Below, piece after piece: positions 1 to 9,595 of a DNA stretch of 64,000 bases. This DNA comes from an uncultured Bacteroidales bacterium (GTDB lineage: Bacteria; Bacteroidota; Bacteroidia; Bacteroidales; S143-33): positions 1,964-65,963 of the forward strand of contig CAZYSM010000010.1 of assembly GCA_964649975.1 (NCBI GenBank), read 5' to 3'. Every line of letters starts with the position of its first letter. The first letter of the stretch is position 1. The translations under genes and the position numbers were made by a program. A model generated the notes under the pieces. The model worked only from the letters and a program-made list of their open reading frames with translations, did not search any database and was not told where the DNA came from.

Positions 1-667
1 GATACCAATGTCCATCTTTACGGCTTAACACGAATTCCGAGTCTTTTAATTTCATACGTATCTGTTGCACCTGGTCAGGGTCAAAAGCAGTGAGGGTATG
101 ATTACGGTAAGCATCCGCATCACTAATAAAATCAATGGCCAATAGTTTTGGAACCAGATAAACATGACGGTCACCTTTTACCCGCACATAAGTGGAATAC
201 TGCCTTTGAACATTTCCGTATGGATAGCCCTGAGGCTGCATTGAAGACTCTATCTTGCCTATATAAAGATGTGCAACTGTCCTACCACGATTGTTTTTCA
301 CAATCACGTTAATGGAATTTGTATCAACAGTGCCATATTCCAGCCAATCCTTCCTTGTATTACCAACGGCCTGATCAGGATGTAGATCCAGAAGTGTGTG
401 AATAATGGAAGCAACCTTGTCCTGGTCTGCCTCATATTTACCTTTTGCACTGATAACAAACCAGCTGTCATTCTCCTTTTTCAGAGTAATTTTATTCTTT
501 TTAGTTTTTGGATAAAAAGTTATTTCTGCAATTTTTGCAGAATCTACCTGAACAAGCGTCTGCTTAAGATTGCCAGACTGCTGGTTATTCAATAACAAAT
601 CAGCAATCAATACCGCTGTGATAATGATTAGCAGCCCTATCAGATATTTAGTCTGTTTATTTTTCAT
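1..667 (-). CDS. DUF4340-like membrane-anchored protein; partial, the 3' end lies beyond the left edge
   Basis: This gene is not in the ORF track because it is truncated. My own minus-strand translation from ATG 667..665 reads MKNKQTKYLIGLLIIITAVLIADLLLNNQQSGNLKQTLVQVDSAKIAEITFYPK... and stays open to position 1. It has an N-terminal TM anchor. Its start overlaps the gldG stop by 11 nt. A gene in this position directly downstream of gldG is typical of DUF4340 genes. Confidence 0.55.
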   Translation of the reverse strand, partial: MKNKQTKYLIGLLIIITAVLIADLLLNNQQSGNLKQTLVQVDSAKIAEITFYPKTKKNKITLKKENDSWFVISAKGKYEADQDKVASIIHTLLDLHPDQAVGNTRKDWLEYGTVDTNSINVIVKNNRGRTVAHLYIGKIESSMQPQGYPYGNVQRQYSTYVRVKGDRHVYLVPKLLAIDFISDADAYRNHTLTAFDPDQVQQIRMKLKDSEFVLSRKDGHWY

Positions 668-2150
668 AAGTCTGATATTTTTTGCGTTTTAAAGAGTTAT
701 GACGCCAACGTAATAGTCCTATTATCAAAACAATAATTATTGGCAGGATAAAGTTAAGATATTTTATCCATTGTTTTGTAGAATCTTTTAATTGTTTAAG
801 GGGTTTATATGAAACTCCTTTTGTCCGCAACTGCATAATACCAGTATCATCAGCCAGCCAATCTATAGAATTGACAGCCAGAGCCACATTATCCGAATGC
901 TCAAAACGCTCACCTGCAGGCAATTGCATAAAACTTCCATCAGAAAATACAATCATTTTCCATTTCTCACTTTGTAATATACCTCCTACAACAAGATGAT
1001 GCAGCGGAAAATCTGCCTCAGTCCAGTTACGCATCACTGAAAAGAATATTGGAGGGCTTTCCAGACCTGTATTTTTACTCGTATAAGCCAGAGGAATAAA
1101 TTTAATTTTGTTTGTATCTCCATGGAACTCCATAGGACTGGTAAAACTCATAGCAACAGCTTCCAGCCCCTTGGTCACCGGATGCTTGGCAAATGTGGTT
1201 ATCATGGGGAAATACGGAAAAGAAATAGATAAAGGCAACGGGAAATTACTTTGTTTCACCTGGATGTTTCCACAGCGGGCATCCACAATGAATTTCGGAA
1301 AAACTTTTAGACCATATTTAGCCAGCCACTTATCCATACCATTATGGCTCACAGTTCCCATAGGCGGATTTCTGGTTAAATCACCATCCACGGCATTAAA
1401 AGCAAGGAAAATTTTTCCGCCCTGACTGAGAAATCTGTCCATATAAGATAATAGACGGGCAGGCAAAGAATCTTTGGGATCTATAACAGCCAGAATTTTA
1501 TAATTGTTGAGATTATACTCAGACGAATCATAATTATACGGAACAGGCTGATAAAGTACGGACAAAGCATTGATAAATCCCTGCATCCTTGAAAAAGACG
1601 GGCATCCATATCCCTGTAAAATAGCCACTTGCGGCTTATGTTCCACTGTTAACTTCTTTATATTCATCGTAATAAGATACTCCAGAGAGGCATCTGGTGA
1701 AATATACGGGATTACTTGCTTTTTGTTTCCATATTTTATGACCAGTCCCATAAAAGCTTTTTGCTGTTTGGCCTGGTCTTTTTCGTGAATCTCTACAATC
1801 AATGGCGAAACACCATCCGAAATTGCCTGTTTCTCTGTCTCAGAATTTTTATTAGGGTCAATTACAGTATAAACAATTTTTCCAGAGGAAAAATTTTTGT
1901 AATCATCAAGCGTATTTATTAGCTCCCGCCGCAAAGATATCAGATCAGGCGGTAATTTCTTGGAAAAATAAGCGATTATAGTAACAGGCTTATCCAGATT
2001 TTTTATAATGTTAACCGTGGCTTTACTCAGGGTATAATGCTTATCCTTAGTAGCATCCAGACGGAGATGATGCCGATAGCCCAGGATAATTAATTCGGCA
2101 AGTATTAACAAAACCACCAATATTCTGATATACAAACCTTTAGTCTTCAT
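657..2150 (-). CDS. gldG: Gliding-motility-associated ABC transporter substrate-binding/auxiliary component GldG
   Basis: 497 aa with an N-terminal and a C-terminal TM helix flanking a large extracytoplasmic domain. It lies immediately downstream of the gldF and gldA homologues on the same strand. Confidence 0.8.
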   Translation of the reverse strand: MKTKGLYIRILVVLLILAELIILGYRHHLRLDATKDKHYTLSKATVNIIKNLDKPVTIIAYFSKKLPPDLISLRRELINTLDDYKNFSSGKIVYTVIDPNKNSETEKQAISDGVSPLIVEIHEKDQAKQQKAFMGLVIKYGNKKQVIPYISPDASLEYLITMNIKKLTVEHKPQVAILQGYGCPSFSRMQGFINALSVLYQPVPYNYDSSEYNLNNYKILAVIDPKDSLPARLLSYMDRFLSQGGKIFLAFNAVDGDLTRNPPMGTVSHNGMDKWLAKYGLKVFPKFIVDARCGNIQVKQSNFPLPLSISFPYFPMITTFAKHPVTKGLEAVAMSFTSPMEFHGDTNKIKFIPLAYTSKNTGLESPPIFFSVMRNWTEADFPLHHLVVGGILQSEKWKMIVFSDGSFMQLPAGERFEHSDNVALAVNSIDWLADDTGIMQLRTKGVSYKPLKQLKDSTKQWIKYLNFILPIIIVLIIGLLRWRHNSLKRKKYQTYEK

Positions 2151-2162
2151 AGCTACAATTTT

Positions 2163-2885
2163 TTAATTATACCTGCGAGAATAAAGATTAATAACAGCCA
2201 GTCGCAAAGCAATATAAATAACAGCAAAGAAATACAACACGGAATCCAGGCGGATAACACCGCGAGCCATGGTTTGAAAATGTGTATTAAAGCTAAGGAA
2301 ACGGAACAGCTCAGAGATCCATCCGTGTGTGATATTTGCAATCATGTCAAAAATCAACTGGAAGAAAATAGCAATACCAAGACTGATGAGGAAAGCAACA
2401 ATTTGATTTTTTGTCAAAGAGCTGGCATAAATACCTATGGCAATATAAGCCGAGCTTAGTAAAATCAATCCAATATATCCGCTTACAGTAGCTCCGTGGT
2501 CAACAGGACCGATAAGTGCAACAGAGAGGTAGTAAATCAAAGTAAAAGCCAGGGTCATTAAAATAAGATAAAAAGCGCCCAAAAACTTTCCCATCACAGT
2601 TTGATCATACGAAACAGGATGTGTCAAGAGCAGTTCCAGAGTGCCCAGGTTCTGCTCTTCGGCAAAAGATCGCATGGTAATTGCAGGCACAAAAAAGAAC
2701 AATGTCCAGAAAGCTACTGCAAAGAAGGGCGTAAGATCAGCCTGGCCTATGAAAAAAATATTATTGCCAGATAGCCAGGTAAAAAATCCTGTTATACCCA
2801 AAAAGAGCACCATAACTATATACCCGCCAATAGAATCCAGGTAGGAATTGAACTCTTTATTTGCTATGATTAATGCCTTTTTCAT
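2163..2885 (-). CDS. gldF: Gliding-motility-associated ABC transporter permease GldF (ABC-2 type)
   Basis: The ORF 2163..3035 is trimmed to the internal ATG at 2885 (MKKALIIANKEFNSYLDS...). The longer form would overlap gldA by 130 nt. It is a polytopic membrane protein located between gldA and gldG. Confidence 0.8.
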   Translation of the reverse strand: MKKALIIANKEFNSYLDSIGGYIVMVLFLGITGFFTWLSGNNIFFIGQADLTPFFAVAFWTLFFFVPAITMRSFAEEQNLGTLELLLTHPVSYDQTVMGKFLGAFYLILMTLAFTLIYYLSVALIGPVDHGATVSGYIGLILLSSAYIAIGIYASSLTKNQIVAFLISLGIAIFFQLIFDMIANITHGWISELFRFLSFNTHFQTMARGVIRLDSVLYFFAVIYIALRLAVINLYSRRYN

Positions 2886-2904
2886 TTTTCCGGAATTTTT
2901 GTTT

Positions 2905-3837
2905 TTAATTTTCCGAGGTAAGCTGACGGAATATATCTTCCAGTTTGGCCTGATACGGCGACAGCTCCGTGAGTATCCAGCCATTATCCACGGCAAAGCG
3001 GAAAATTTTTTCCGCAAAATTACTATCAGTCTCACCTGTTAGCATCAAATAGGTCTGATCAGGCGAAATCACTGTATAATTCACCAGAGACGGCAGCTTA
3101 GACAAAAGCTTTTCCACTTCATTCAATGTTTTGTTAGCCACGCGGACTTTATATTTTTCGCCCGAAGTGATTTGCAATTTAAGGTCCTTGGCCGTGCCAT
3201 CTGCGATGATTTTACCCTTATTAATAATGACCACACGGTCGCAGGTAGCCTCTACTTCGGCCAGGATGTGTGAGCTGAGCAGGACAGTTTTTTCCCGCCC
3301 TATCCGCTTGATAAGTTCACGTATTTCTACAATCTGGTTAGGGTCCAGGCCTGTGGTAGGCTCGTCCAGGATAAGCACGTCCGGGTCGTGCAGCAGAGCC
3401 TGTGCCAGACCTACCCGTTGCTGATACCCCTTGGACAGCTCACCTATCCGCTTGTTTACCTGGTCAGATATTCCGCATACTTCAATAATCTCCGCTATTC
3501 TGGGCTTTCTTTTAGCAGGCGGAATATCCGACAACCCAGCCATATAATCCAGAAAATCCGTCACAAACATATCCGGATAGAGCGGATTATTCTCCGGCAA
3601 ATAACCAATATGCCGGCGTGCCAGGTCAGGGTCTTGATCCACGTCAATATCATCCAGAAAAACTTTCCCGGATGTAGGTGCCAGATAAGTGGTAATAATC
3701 TTCATTGTTGTAGTCTTACCGGCACCATTAGGCCCCAAAAAACCCAGGATTTCGCCGTGTTTGACCTCAAAACTGATGTGGTCCACGGCAGTCACATCTC
3801 CGTAATTTTTAGTCAAATCCTTTACCCTTACGTTCAT
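2905..3837 (-). CDS. gldA: Gliding-motility-associated ABC transporter ATP-binding protein GldA
   Basis: Walker A GPNGAGKTT, ABC signature LSKGYQQRV and Walker [11 protein letters not shown] are present. It is the first gene of the gldA-F-G-DUF4340 string. Confidence 0.85.
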   Translation of the reverse strand: MNVRVKDLTKNYGDVTAVDHISFEVKHGEILGFLGPNGAGKTTTMKIITTYLAPTSGKVFLDDIDVDQDPDLARRHIGYLPENNPLYPDMFVTDFLDYMAGLSDIPPAKRKPRIAEIIEVCGISDQVNKRIGELSKGYQQRVGLAQALLHDPDVLILDEPTTGLDPNQIVEIRELIKRIGREKTVLLSSHILAEVEATCDRVVIINKGKIIADGTAKDLKLQITSGEKYKVRVANKTLNEVEKLLSKLPSLVNYTVISPDQTYLMLTGETDSNFAEKIFRFAVDNGWILTELSPYQAKLEDIFRQLTSEN

Positions 3838-3915
3838 AGCTAAAAAATTTTTTTGAGCTAACAGAAATAATAAAATTTCCGGATAAACGTAAGGATTTTA
3901 ACAAAATTTTATCTC

Positions 3916-3945
3916 TTTGTCATTTGAAAAAAATAGGTATATTTG
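3916..3945 (+). promoter_or_regulatory. Bacteroidota-type promoter (TTTG-N18-TATATTTG) for the 3970 gene
   Basis: TTTG lies at 3916..3919 and TATATTTG at 3938..3945. This matches the -33 TTTG / -7 TAnnTTTG consensus. The -7 box ends 24 nt before ATG 3970. Confidence 0.4.
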
Positions 3946-3969
3946 TTTGTGAACGAAAAAAATAAAGTT

Positions 3970-4350
3970 ATGGTCATCAGGATACAAAAAAACTCCGTGG
4001 ATTTATACCGCTTATATGAATATCTGTCAAATACTTTCCAGAATTATAAAGTTTCCCTGGGCAAAAACAATGTTATAACCATTGTAAAAGGCCCCTGGGC
4101 AGTAAAGATAACAGTAAAAAAGACCAGGATAATTATCACCAAAGCGTTATCCCACTCACAATATTATATCATTGCCGGTATGCTCTTCATAGCCCTGGGC
4201 GTGATATTACCCATTATCATTTACAGTGTATTTATCTATCCCCGGATGAGTATGTTTATACAAGAAGTACTGGAAGCCACTTATGCTTATTACAGGTCAA
4301 ATGTGCTGAATTACACACAGCATCAGGCTTATGACGAAGAGGAAGAATAA
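3970..4350 (+). CDS. Hypothetical small membrane protein
   Basis: The ORF 3943..4350 begins with a TTG that sits inside the putative promoter, so I chose ATG 3970. There is one clear TM segment (YYIIAGMLFIALGVILPIIIYSVFIY) and an acidic C-terminus. I recognise no family. Confidence 0.45.
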   Translation: MVIRIQKNSVDLYRLYEYLSNTFQNYKVSLGKNNVITIVKGPWAVKITVKKTRIIITKALSHSQYYIIAGMLFIALGVILPIIIYSVFIYPRMSMFIQEVLEATYAYYRSNVLNYTQHQAYDEEEE

Positions 4351-4970
4351 AAAGTCTGTGGATTTTTCCGCCATTTCTTCAATATCGTAAGCTCTTCTGC
4401 AGTAATATATTCCATTTCCAGTGCTTTTTCCACCAGGGTAACATAATCGGTGAGTGTAACTAAGTCTATATTAGCCTGTAAGATATTTTCCTGTGCAATT
4501 TCCAACTGATAAGAAAAAATCGCCAGCAGGCCTATTACGTTGATACCGTTTTCGCGCAATGTTTGCACAGCGGTCAGGCTGCTGCCACCTGTGGAAATAA
4601 GGTCTTCAATGACCAGAGCATTAGAACCAGCAGGAATAAAGCCTTCAATTTTATTTTGCAAACCATGGTCTTTGGCTTTTGGACGGACATAGACCAATGG
4701 CAAGTCCAGACGTTGAGCAACAAAACCCGCCCAGGCAATAGCTGAAGTAGCCACACCAGCTATATATTGCACATGAGGATATTTTTCTCGTATAACGCGG
4801 ACAAAATAATCAGTAATATAATCACGGATGAGTGGAAAGGATAGCAACCGGCGATTATCCGTGTATATAGGGGAAAGTATGCCACTGGCCCATTTGAAAG
4901 GATGATTAGGTGAGAGCTGCACAGCCTGGACTTTAAGCAAATATCCGGCTAATATTTCCTTGCTATCCAT
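4329..4970 (-). CDS. pyrE: Orotate phosphoribosyltransferase
   Basis: PRPP-binding motif ALVIEDLISTGGS. The ORF is trimmed to ATG 4970 (MDSKEILAGYLL...) because the upstream 22 aa look non-coding. Confidence 0.9.
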   Translation of the reverse strand: MDSKEILAGYLLKVQAVQLSPNHPFKWASGILSPIYTDNRRLLSFPLIRDYITDYFVRVIREKYPHVQYIAGVATSAIAWAGFVAQRLDLPLVYVRPKAKDHGLQNKIEGFIPAGSNALVIEDLISTGGSSLTAVQTLRENGINVIGLLAIFSYQLEIAQENILQANIDLVTLTDYVTLVEKALEMEYITAEELTILKKWRKNPQTFYSSSSS

Positions 4971-5039
4971 AGTTTTTTGCCGAAAGTTAAAAAAATAAAA
5001 CAGGCTGACCAAAAATGGCCAGCCTGTTTTTATCATCTA

Positions 5040-7166
5040 TTATTGCCCGGGCTGCTGTTGCGGAGGTTGCTGCCCAGTAGAATATGGATTAACCAAAATC
5101 TTGGCTTCCACACGTCTATTCAAAGCCCTGCCCTCGGGTGTGGAGTTTGGAGCAATAGGCTTGGTCGGGCCATAACCCTTAGCCACAAGACTTTCGGGCG
5201 GAACACCCTGGGAAATAAGGTATTGAACAACAGCCTCTGCACGGCGCTGGGATAATTTCATATTATACTGGAACGAACCTGTATTGTCAGTATGTCCAGA
5301 TATTTCCACAACAATACCAGGATAACGTTTGAGTATCTCGGCCAGACGGTTAAGCTCGGCATAAGATTCTGGTTTAAGCGTTGCACTGTTCACGTCAAAG
5401 AATACATTACGCAATACCACTTTGGAACCCGGGTCAATAGACATCAGCTGTATGTCTTTGTGTATTTCCTGATAACCTGTAGCTGCCGGGATGTCAAAGT
5501 TTTCGGAGTAAAACATGTGTCCCGGAGCATTAACCGACATTCCATAATTCTTACCCGAAGGCAACATTACCATATATTCGCCAGTGGTAGCGTTGGTCTT
5601 TATTACCTGAACAACCTTCTGTGTTTCATTATCCACAATTTCAATAGTAGCATCAAGCGGTTTATTTGTTCCGTATTCCGATACAATACCTTTGACAACA
5701 GTCAGACGTAATGTCTTAATTGGCACTGGCGCTTCCATAGTAATCTCATTGACCGGACGGTTTTCAAATGCCAGAAGGCTATGATCGGCGTCCTGAGTAA
5801 AAATCGGTTTGGGTGTATAGAAGAAGAAATCATAAACGTCATAATCACCGTATCCGTCATGACCATTGGAAGTGAAATAGCCAGTGCGTCCATCAGCATT
5901 AACGTAAATAAATAGATCATCGCCAGGAGTGTTTATCCCAAATCCAAGGTTTTCTGGCTCTGTCCAGCGTCCGTCAGGCAAACGATAACACCGGAAAATA
6001 TCATATCCGCCCATGGAGTTGTGTCCCTTGGAAGCAAAATATAATACACTGTCATTCTGAGCAATAAAAACGGATTCCTCGTCATAAGGCGTATTGATTT
6101 CCGGACCAAGATTCTTGGGCTTAGACCACCCCATAGCAGTACGTTTGGTAACCCAGATATCTTTTCCTCCGTATCCGCCAGGACGGTCGCTAACGAAAAA
6201 TACCATTGTTGAATCGTGAGAAAAAGTTAATGTTGTCTCTTTACTGCCTTTACGGTTAATTTTCCTGATAACTTCCTTGGGCTTGCTCCACTTTTCATCG
6301 CCATTGGCTTTAATCCTTTTCTTGGCAATATAGAATGTTCCTTTTCCGTCTCCGCGACGGATAATAATTTCTGTACCATAAGGATTAATGGCTACTGAGG
6401 CATCATTACCTTTACTATTAACGGGTTTTGGGAAAAGTGCTGGTTTATGCCACACTCCGTTCTTATAACTTGTATAGTAAATATCCTCGTAATAATCATC
6501 CGAGACATAAACATTCCTTCGGGAATTAAACTTGGAAGGACGGCGAGAAGTAAAGTAAACAATAGAGTCATAAGGTGCAAAAACAGGAGAATATTCCGCA
6601 TATTCGCTATTAACATTTTTCCCGAGATTAGTAATAATTACATTTAACTTTTTCTTTTTCAGTTCATTACCATTATTACACTGCTGAATATACCTCTCTA
6701 TCATAGCCTCTTTTTTCTTCAAAGCCTTCTCGTCCAACGAATTCTTATAAAGGAGATATTCATCAATAGCATCATCAAATTTTGCATTAAGATGATATGC
6801 CCTACCCAACCACAGGTGGATATCAGGTGTAACCTCAGGATTGAGGTCAAAAGCTTTTTCAATATATTTCTCTCCTTCCTTCTCATAGCCTAATTTCAAA
6901 TAGCTAATGCCCATCTCATAAAGCAATGGAGCATAATCCTGATTGTATCTATAAGCCTGTTTAAGCTCATCCAGAGCCATACGATAATCACCGTGACGAT
7001 TTTTTCTGAAATACCTGGTTCCTTTTTTCAGATGTTTCAGGGCCTGTTTATATCCAGCTTCGGTAACCAGAAAATCTTTGGGATTAATTTTTACTTTATA
7101 AGGTTTCTGACCAATTAAACTTAAAGTAATAGCCAGGGACAAAACAAAACTTATAAGTCTTTTCAT
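5040..7166 (-). CDS. OmpA-family outer-membrane/peptidoglycan-associated protein with TPR, TolB-like beta-propeller repeats and a CarboxypepD_reg-like domain
   Basis: Signal peptide and N-terminal TPR-like repeats are present. PD40/WD40-like repeats are visible (YFTSRR, FFVSDRPGGYGGKDIW, YFASKG, YFTSNG). The C-terminal OmpA domain reads ISGHTDNTGS...NMKLSQRRAEAV...NRRVE. Confidence 0.85.
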   Translation of the reverse strand: MKRLISFVLSLAITLSLIGQKPYKVKINPKDFLVTEAGYKQALKHLKKGTRYFRKNRHGDYRMALDELKQAYRYNQDYAPLLYEMGISYLKLGYEKEGEKYIEKAFDLNPEVTPDIHLWLGRAYHLNAKFDDAIDEYLLYKNSLDEKALKKKEAMIERYIQQCNNGNELKKKKLNVIITNLGKNVNSEYAEYSPVFAPYDSIVYFTSRRPSKFNSRRNVYVSDDYYEDIYYTSYKNGVWHKPALFPKPVNSKGNDASVAINPYGTEIIIRRGDGKGTFYIAKKRIKANGDEKWSKPKEVIRKINRKGSKETTLTFSHDSTMVFFVSDRPGGYGGKDIWVTKRTAMGWSKPKNLGPEINTPYDEESVFIAQNDSVLYFASKGHNSMGGYDIFRCYRLPDGRWTEPENLGFGINTPGDDLFIYVNADGRTGYFTSNGHDGYGDYDVYDFFFYTPKPIFTQDADHSLLAFENRPVNEITMEAPVPIKTLRLTVVKGIVSEYGTNKPLDATIEIVDNETQKVVQVIKTNATTGEYMVMLPSGKNYGMSVNAPGHMFYSENFDIPAATGYQEIHKDIQLMSIDPGSKVVLRNVFFDVNSATLKPESYAELNRLAEILKRYPGIVVEISGHTDNTGSFQYNMKLSQRRAEAVVQYLISQGVPPESLVAKGYGPTKPIAPNSTPEGRALNRRVEAKILVNPYSTGQQPPQQQPGQ

Positions 7167-7245
7167 TTTTCAATTGTTTTCATATTCATTTTTACAAATA
7201 TTAAAAAAAAATCTATCAAAGGCAACCGGGCATAAAACCTTTTAT

Positions 7246-8076
7246 TTAGAAATTTATTTTTGTTTTAGCCTTTTTTTTGGGTGCAAAAGGCGTTTTATTA
7301 ATAATTTCTTCTCTTTTATCAAGGTTACCTTTTTTGTATTCATCATAAATTTGCTTGATGATAATAACAAGGTCATATTGAGGGGTGCGTAAGATAAAAT
7401 CCCTGTCAAAATTCAGGAAATCCATAAATTTCTCCAGTTCTTTTCCTTTCAGGCCAGTAATAGTGCTAACCAGCTGAGGGTTAAACTTTTCTTCAATACG
7501 TTTTTCCATCTCAGAATATTTTTCCATTTTCTTTATCTTGGCCAACTCTTTTTCATACTTAGTCTTTCCGCCAATTACAAAGCCCACGCCACGTGAGGCA
7601 ATGGTCAAGGCCTGCAAATCCTCTTTACTTATGGCTTTATCCACCCATACTTTAAGCTGTTCCTGGGTTTTATCTTTTTCTACTTTTGTATGTGCTATCT
7701 GATAAACAAAAGTTTTCCATCTAACAGCAAAAACATCCACAGCTGGCAACCTGTAATAACGCCGATTCATATATATAACTGTGTTAAAATGACGGGACTG
7801 GGGATGCTTATCCGCAATGGTCCAATAAACAGGCTTATATCCCAGACACGAAATACGCAAACTATCCTTCTTGGTCATTGTTATAAGAAAACGACCTGCT
7901 GTATCTGATTGCGTTGAATTACCTTTTTTTATATTGACTATCAAGGCATAAGGAACTGGCTTCTTGGTATCTTTATCCAGAATCTGACCCGAAACATAAT
8001 AAACTCTCTGCCAGAACTGGGCAAAACTCATCTGCCATATCAAAATCAAAATCAAGATACTTATTAACCTGCGCAT
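7246..8076 (-). CDS. Hypothetical secreted protein with an N-terminal carboxypeptidase-regulatory-like domain
   Basis: Signal peptide MRRLISILILILIWQMSFAQ, followed by the pattern VSGQILDKDTKKPVPYALI...TQSDTAGRFLI. The C-terminal half is Lys/Glu-rich and helical. Confidence 0.5.
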   Translation of the reverse strand: MRRLISILILILIWQMSFAQFWQRVYYVSGQILDKDTKKPVPYALIVNIKKGNSTQSDTAGRFLITMTKKDSLRISCLGYKPVYWTIADKHPQSRHFNTVIYMNRRYYRLPAVDVFAVRWKTFVYQIAHTKVEKDKTQEQLKVWVDKAISKEDLQALTIASRGVGFVIGGKTKYEKELAKIKKMEKYSEMEKRIEEKFNPQLVSTITGLKGKELEKFMDFLNFDRDFILRTPQYDLVIIIKQIYDEYKKGNLDKREEIINKTPFAPKKKAKTKINF

Positions 8077-8167
8077 AACAATATTGTTTTATTTATTGCA
8101 AAAAAAGAATGTTTTTTTTATTATAGCAAATAACACTTAGACTGTGTGAATATATAAAAATTTTCCA

Positions 8168-9595
8168 ATGAACGAGATAAAATTTTTCTTTGACGGACGT
8201 CTGCAAACGATTGATTTCACCTCTATCAAGCCAACGACCACAGTTCTGGAATTTTTACGTTCTTATCCGGGACGATTTGGTACCAAAGAAGGGTGTAATG
8301 AAGGCGACTGTGGGGCTTGCACCGTGGTAATTGCACAACCAAACGGAAATAAGTTTGATTACCAGGCGGTTAACTCCTGTATGGTTTTTCTACCATATCT
8401 ACACGGAAAATTCCTTATAACAGTGGAAGACTTATCCTCACCCACACAATTACATCCTATACAGCAGGCTTTCATTGATAATTACGCCAGTCAATGCGGC
8501 TTTTGCACACCCGGATTTGAGATGTCGCTCTTTGCCTTATACAAATCTAATCCAAATCCCACGGAAGAAGAAATTTCCGAAGCAGTGGAAGGAAACCTGT
8601 GCCGGTGCACGGGTTACCGCCCTATCCGTGATGCAGCACTGTCATTACGGACAATGCCTTTGAAAGACCATATTACGGATACAGAGCCACAGGTTTTAGA
8701 GGCATTAAAAACAATTGATAATCCAGATGTTATAGATCTCTCATACAAGGATGAAAAATATTTTATTCCTTTTTCCCTGGAAAAAGCTCTGGATTTGATC
8801 AAGCAATATCCTGAAGCTAAAATAGTTAATGGCGCCACAGATGCTGCGCTCCTCAAAAACAAAAAGAAACAAGATTTACCATTAATAGTTGACCTATCCT
8901 TCATTAGTGAAATTTCATATATTGAAGAAAAGAATAGGGAAATCATAATAGGGGCAGGTGTACGTGTACAGCAATTAAAAGATTTCTCCCGGGATAAATT
9001 GCCTTTTCTCTATGACTATCTGAAAGTTTTTGCAGCAAAACAAATACGTAACCGGGCCAGTGTTGGAGGAAACATTATGACAGCCTCCCCCATTGGCGAT
9101 CTCATTCCTCCCTTCATCACTATGGATGCAAGCGTTGTTATAGCCAGCAGTAACGGAGATATTACAATGCCCCTGGAAGATTTTATCACAGGCTACCGCA
9201 GCACAGCCCTCAAACCTGGCCAAATCCTCAAACAAATCATTATCCCTGTTGACAACAAACGTTTTTACCGGTTTTACAAAGTATCCAAGCGTACAAGCCT
9301 GGACATCAGCACTGTTAGTCTTGCTGCCAGCATAGAAGCCGAGGGAAACACTGTCAAAGATATACGTCTGACTTACGGCGGAATGGCCGAAATGGTCAAG
9401 CGTGCCCGCAAAACAGAAGATTTCCTCCGTGGACAGGAAATTACAGAGGAAAATTTCCTGGCAGCTGCAAATATAGTGAAACAGGAATTCACTCCTATTT
9501 CTGATGCGCGTTCCTTTGCCCAGGCGCGTTCAATAATGGCTAAAAACCTACTCATAAAATTCTATCAGGATTTAACCCAAAACTCAAAGCAATGA
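8168..9595 (+). CDS. xdhA: Xanthine dehydrogenase small subunit (2Fe-2S plus FAD-binding)
   Basis: Two [2Fe-2S] cysteine clusters are present (GCNEGDCGACTV; CGFCTPG...CRCTGY). They are followed by an FAD-binding and CO-dehydrogenase-flavoprotein-like C-terminal region. A 4-nt ATGA overlap links it to xdhB. Confidence 0.85.
   Translation: MNEIKFFFDGRLQTIDFTSIKPTTTVLEFLRSYPGRFGTKEGCNEGDCGACTVVIAQPNGNKFDYQAVNSCMVFLPYLHGKFLITVEDLSSPTQLHPIQQAFIDNYASQCGFCTPGFEMSLFALYKSNPNPTEEEISEAVEGNLCRCTGYRPIRDAALSLRTMPLKDHITDTEPQVLEALKTIDNPDVIDLSYKDEKYFIPFSLEKALDLIKQYPEAKIVNGATDAALLKNKKKQDLPLIVDLSFISEISYIEEKNREIIIGAGVRVQQLKDFSRDKLPFLYDYLKVFAAKQIRNRASVGGNIMTASPIGDLIPPFITMDASVVIASSNGDITMPLEDFITGYRSTALKPGQILKQIIIPVDNKRFYRFYKVSKRTSLDISTVSLAASIEAEGNTVKDIRLTYGGMAEMVKRARKTEDFLRGQEITEENFLAAANIVKQEFTPISDARSFAQARSIMAKNLLIKFYQDLTQNSKQ

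Noticed and set aside
398-595. 65-aa plus-strand ORF near the left edge
   Set aside because: It lies antisense inside the open minus-strand DUF4340-like frame that runs from ATG 667 to the window edge. Its sequence is low-complexity and hydrophobic, which suggests a shadow ORF.
2886-3035. N-terminal 50-aa extension of the gldF ORF
   Set aside because: The extension would overlap the 3' end of gldA by 130 nt and is Arg/Ser-rich junk. The internal ATG at 2885 gives a typical GldF N-terminus.
3388-3843. 151-aa plus-strand ORF
   Set aside because: It is fully antisense to gldA, whose ABC motifs are unambiguous. No motif is recognisable in it.
4329-4350. Convergent 3'-end overlaps (hypothetical/pyrE here, and TlpA-like/5'-nucleotidase at 24208..24221)
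   Set aside because: Short convergent overlaps of 14-22 nt are common in compact genomes. No extra structure or frameshift signal is evident.
8077-8167. Possible purine riboswitch upstream of xdhA
   Set aside because: The 91-nt leader is almost pure A/T. It lacks the conserved three-way-junction and loop-loop sequence blocks of guanine/adenine riboswitches.
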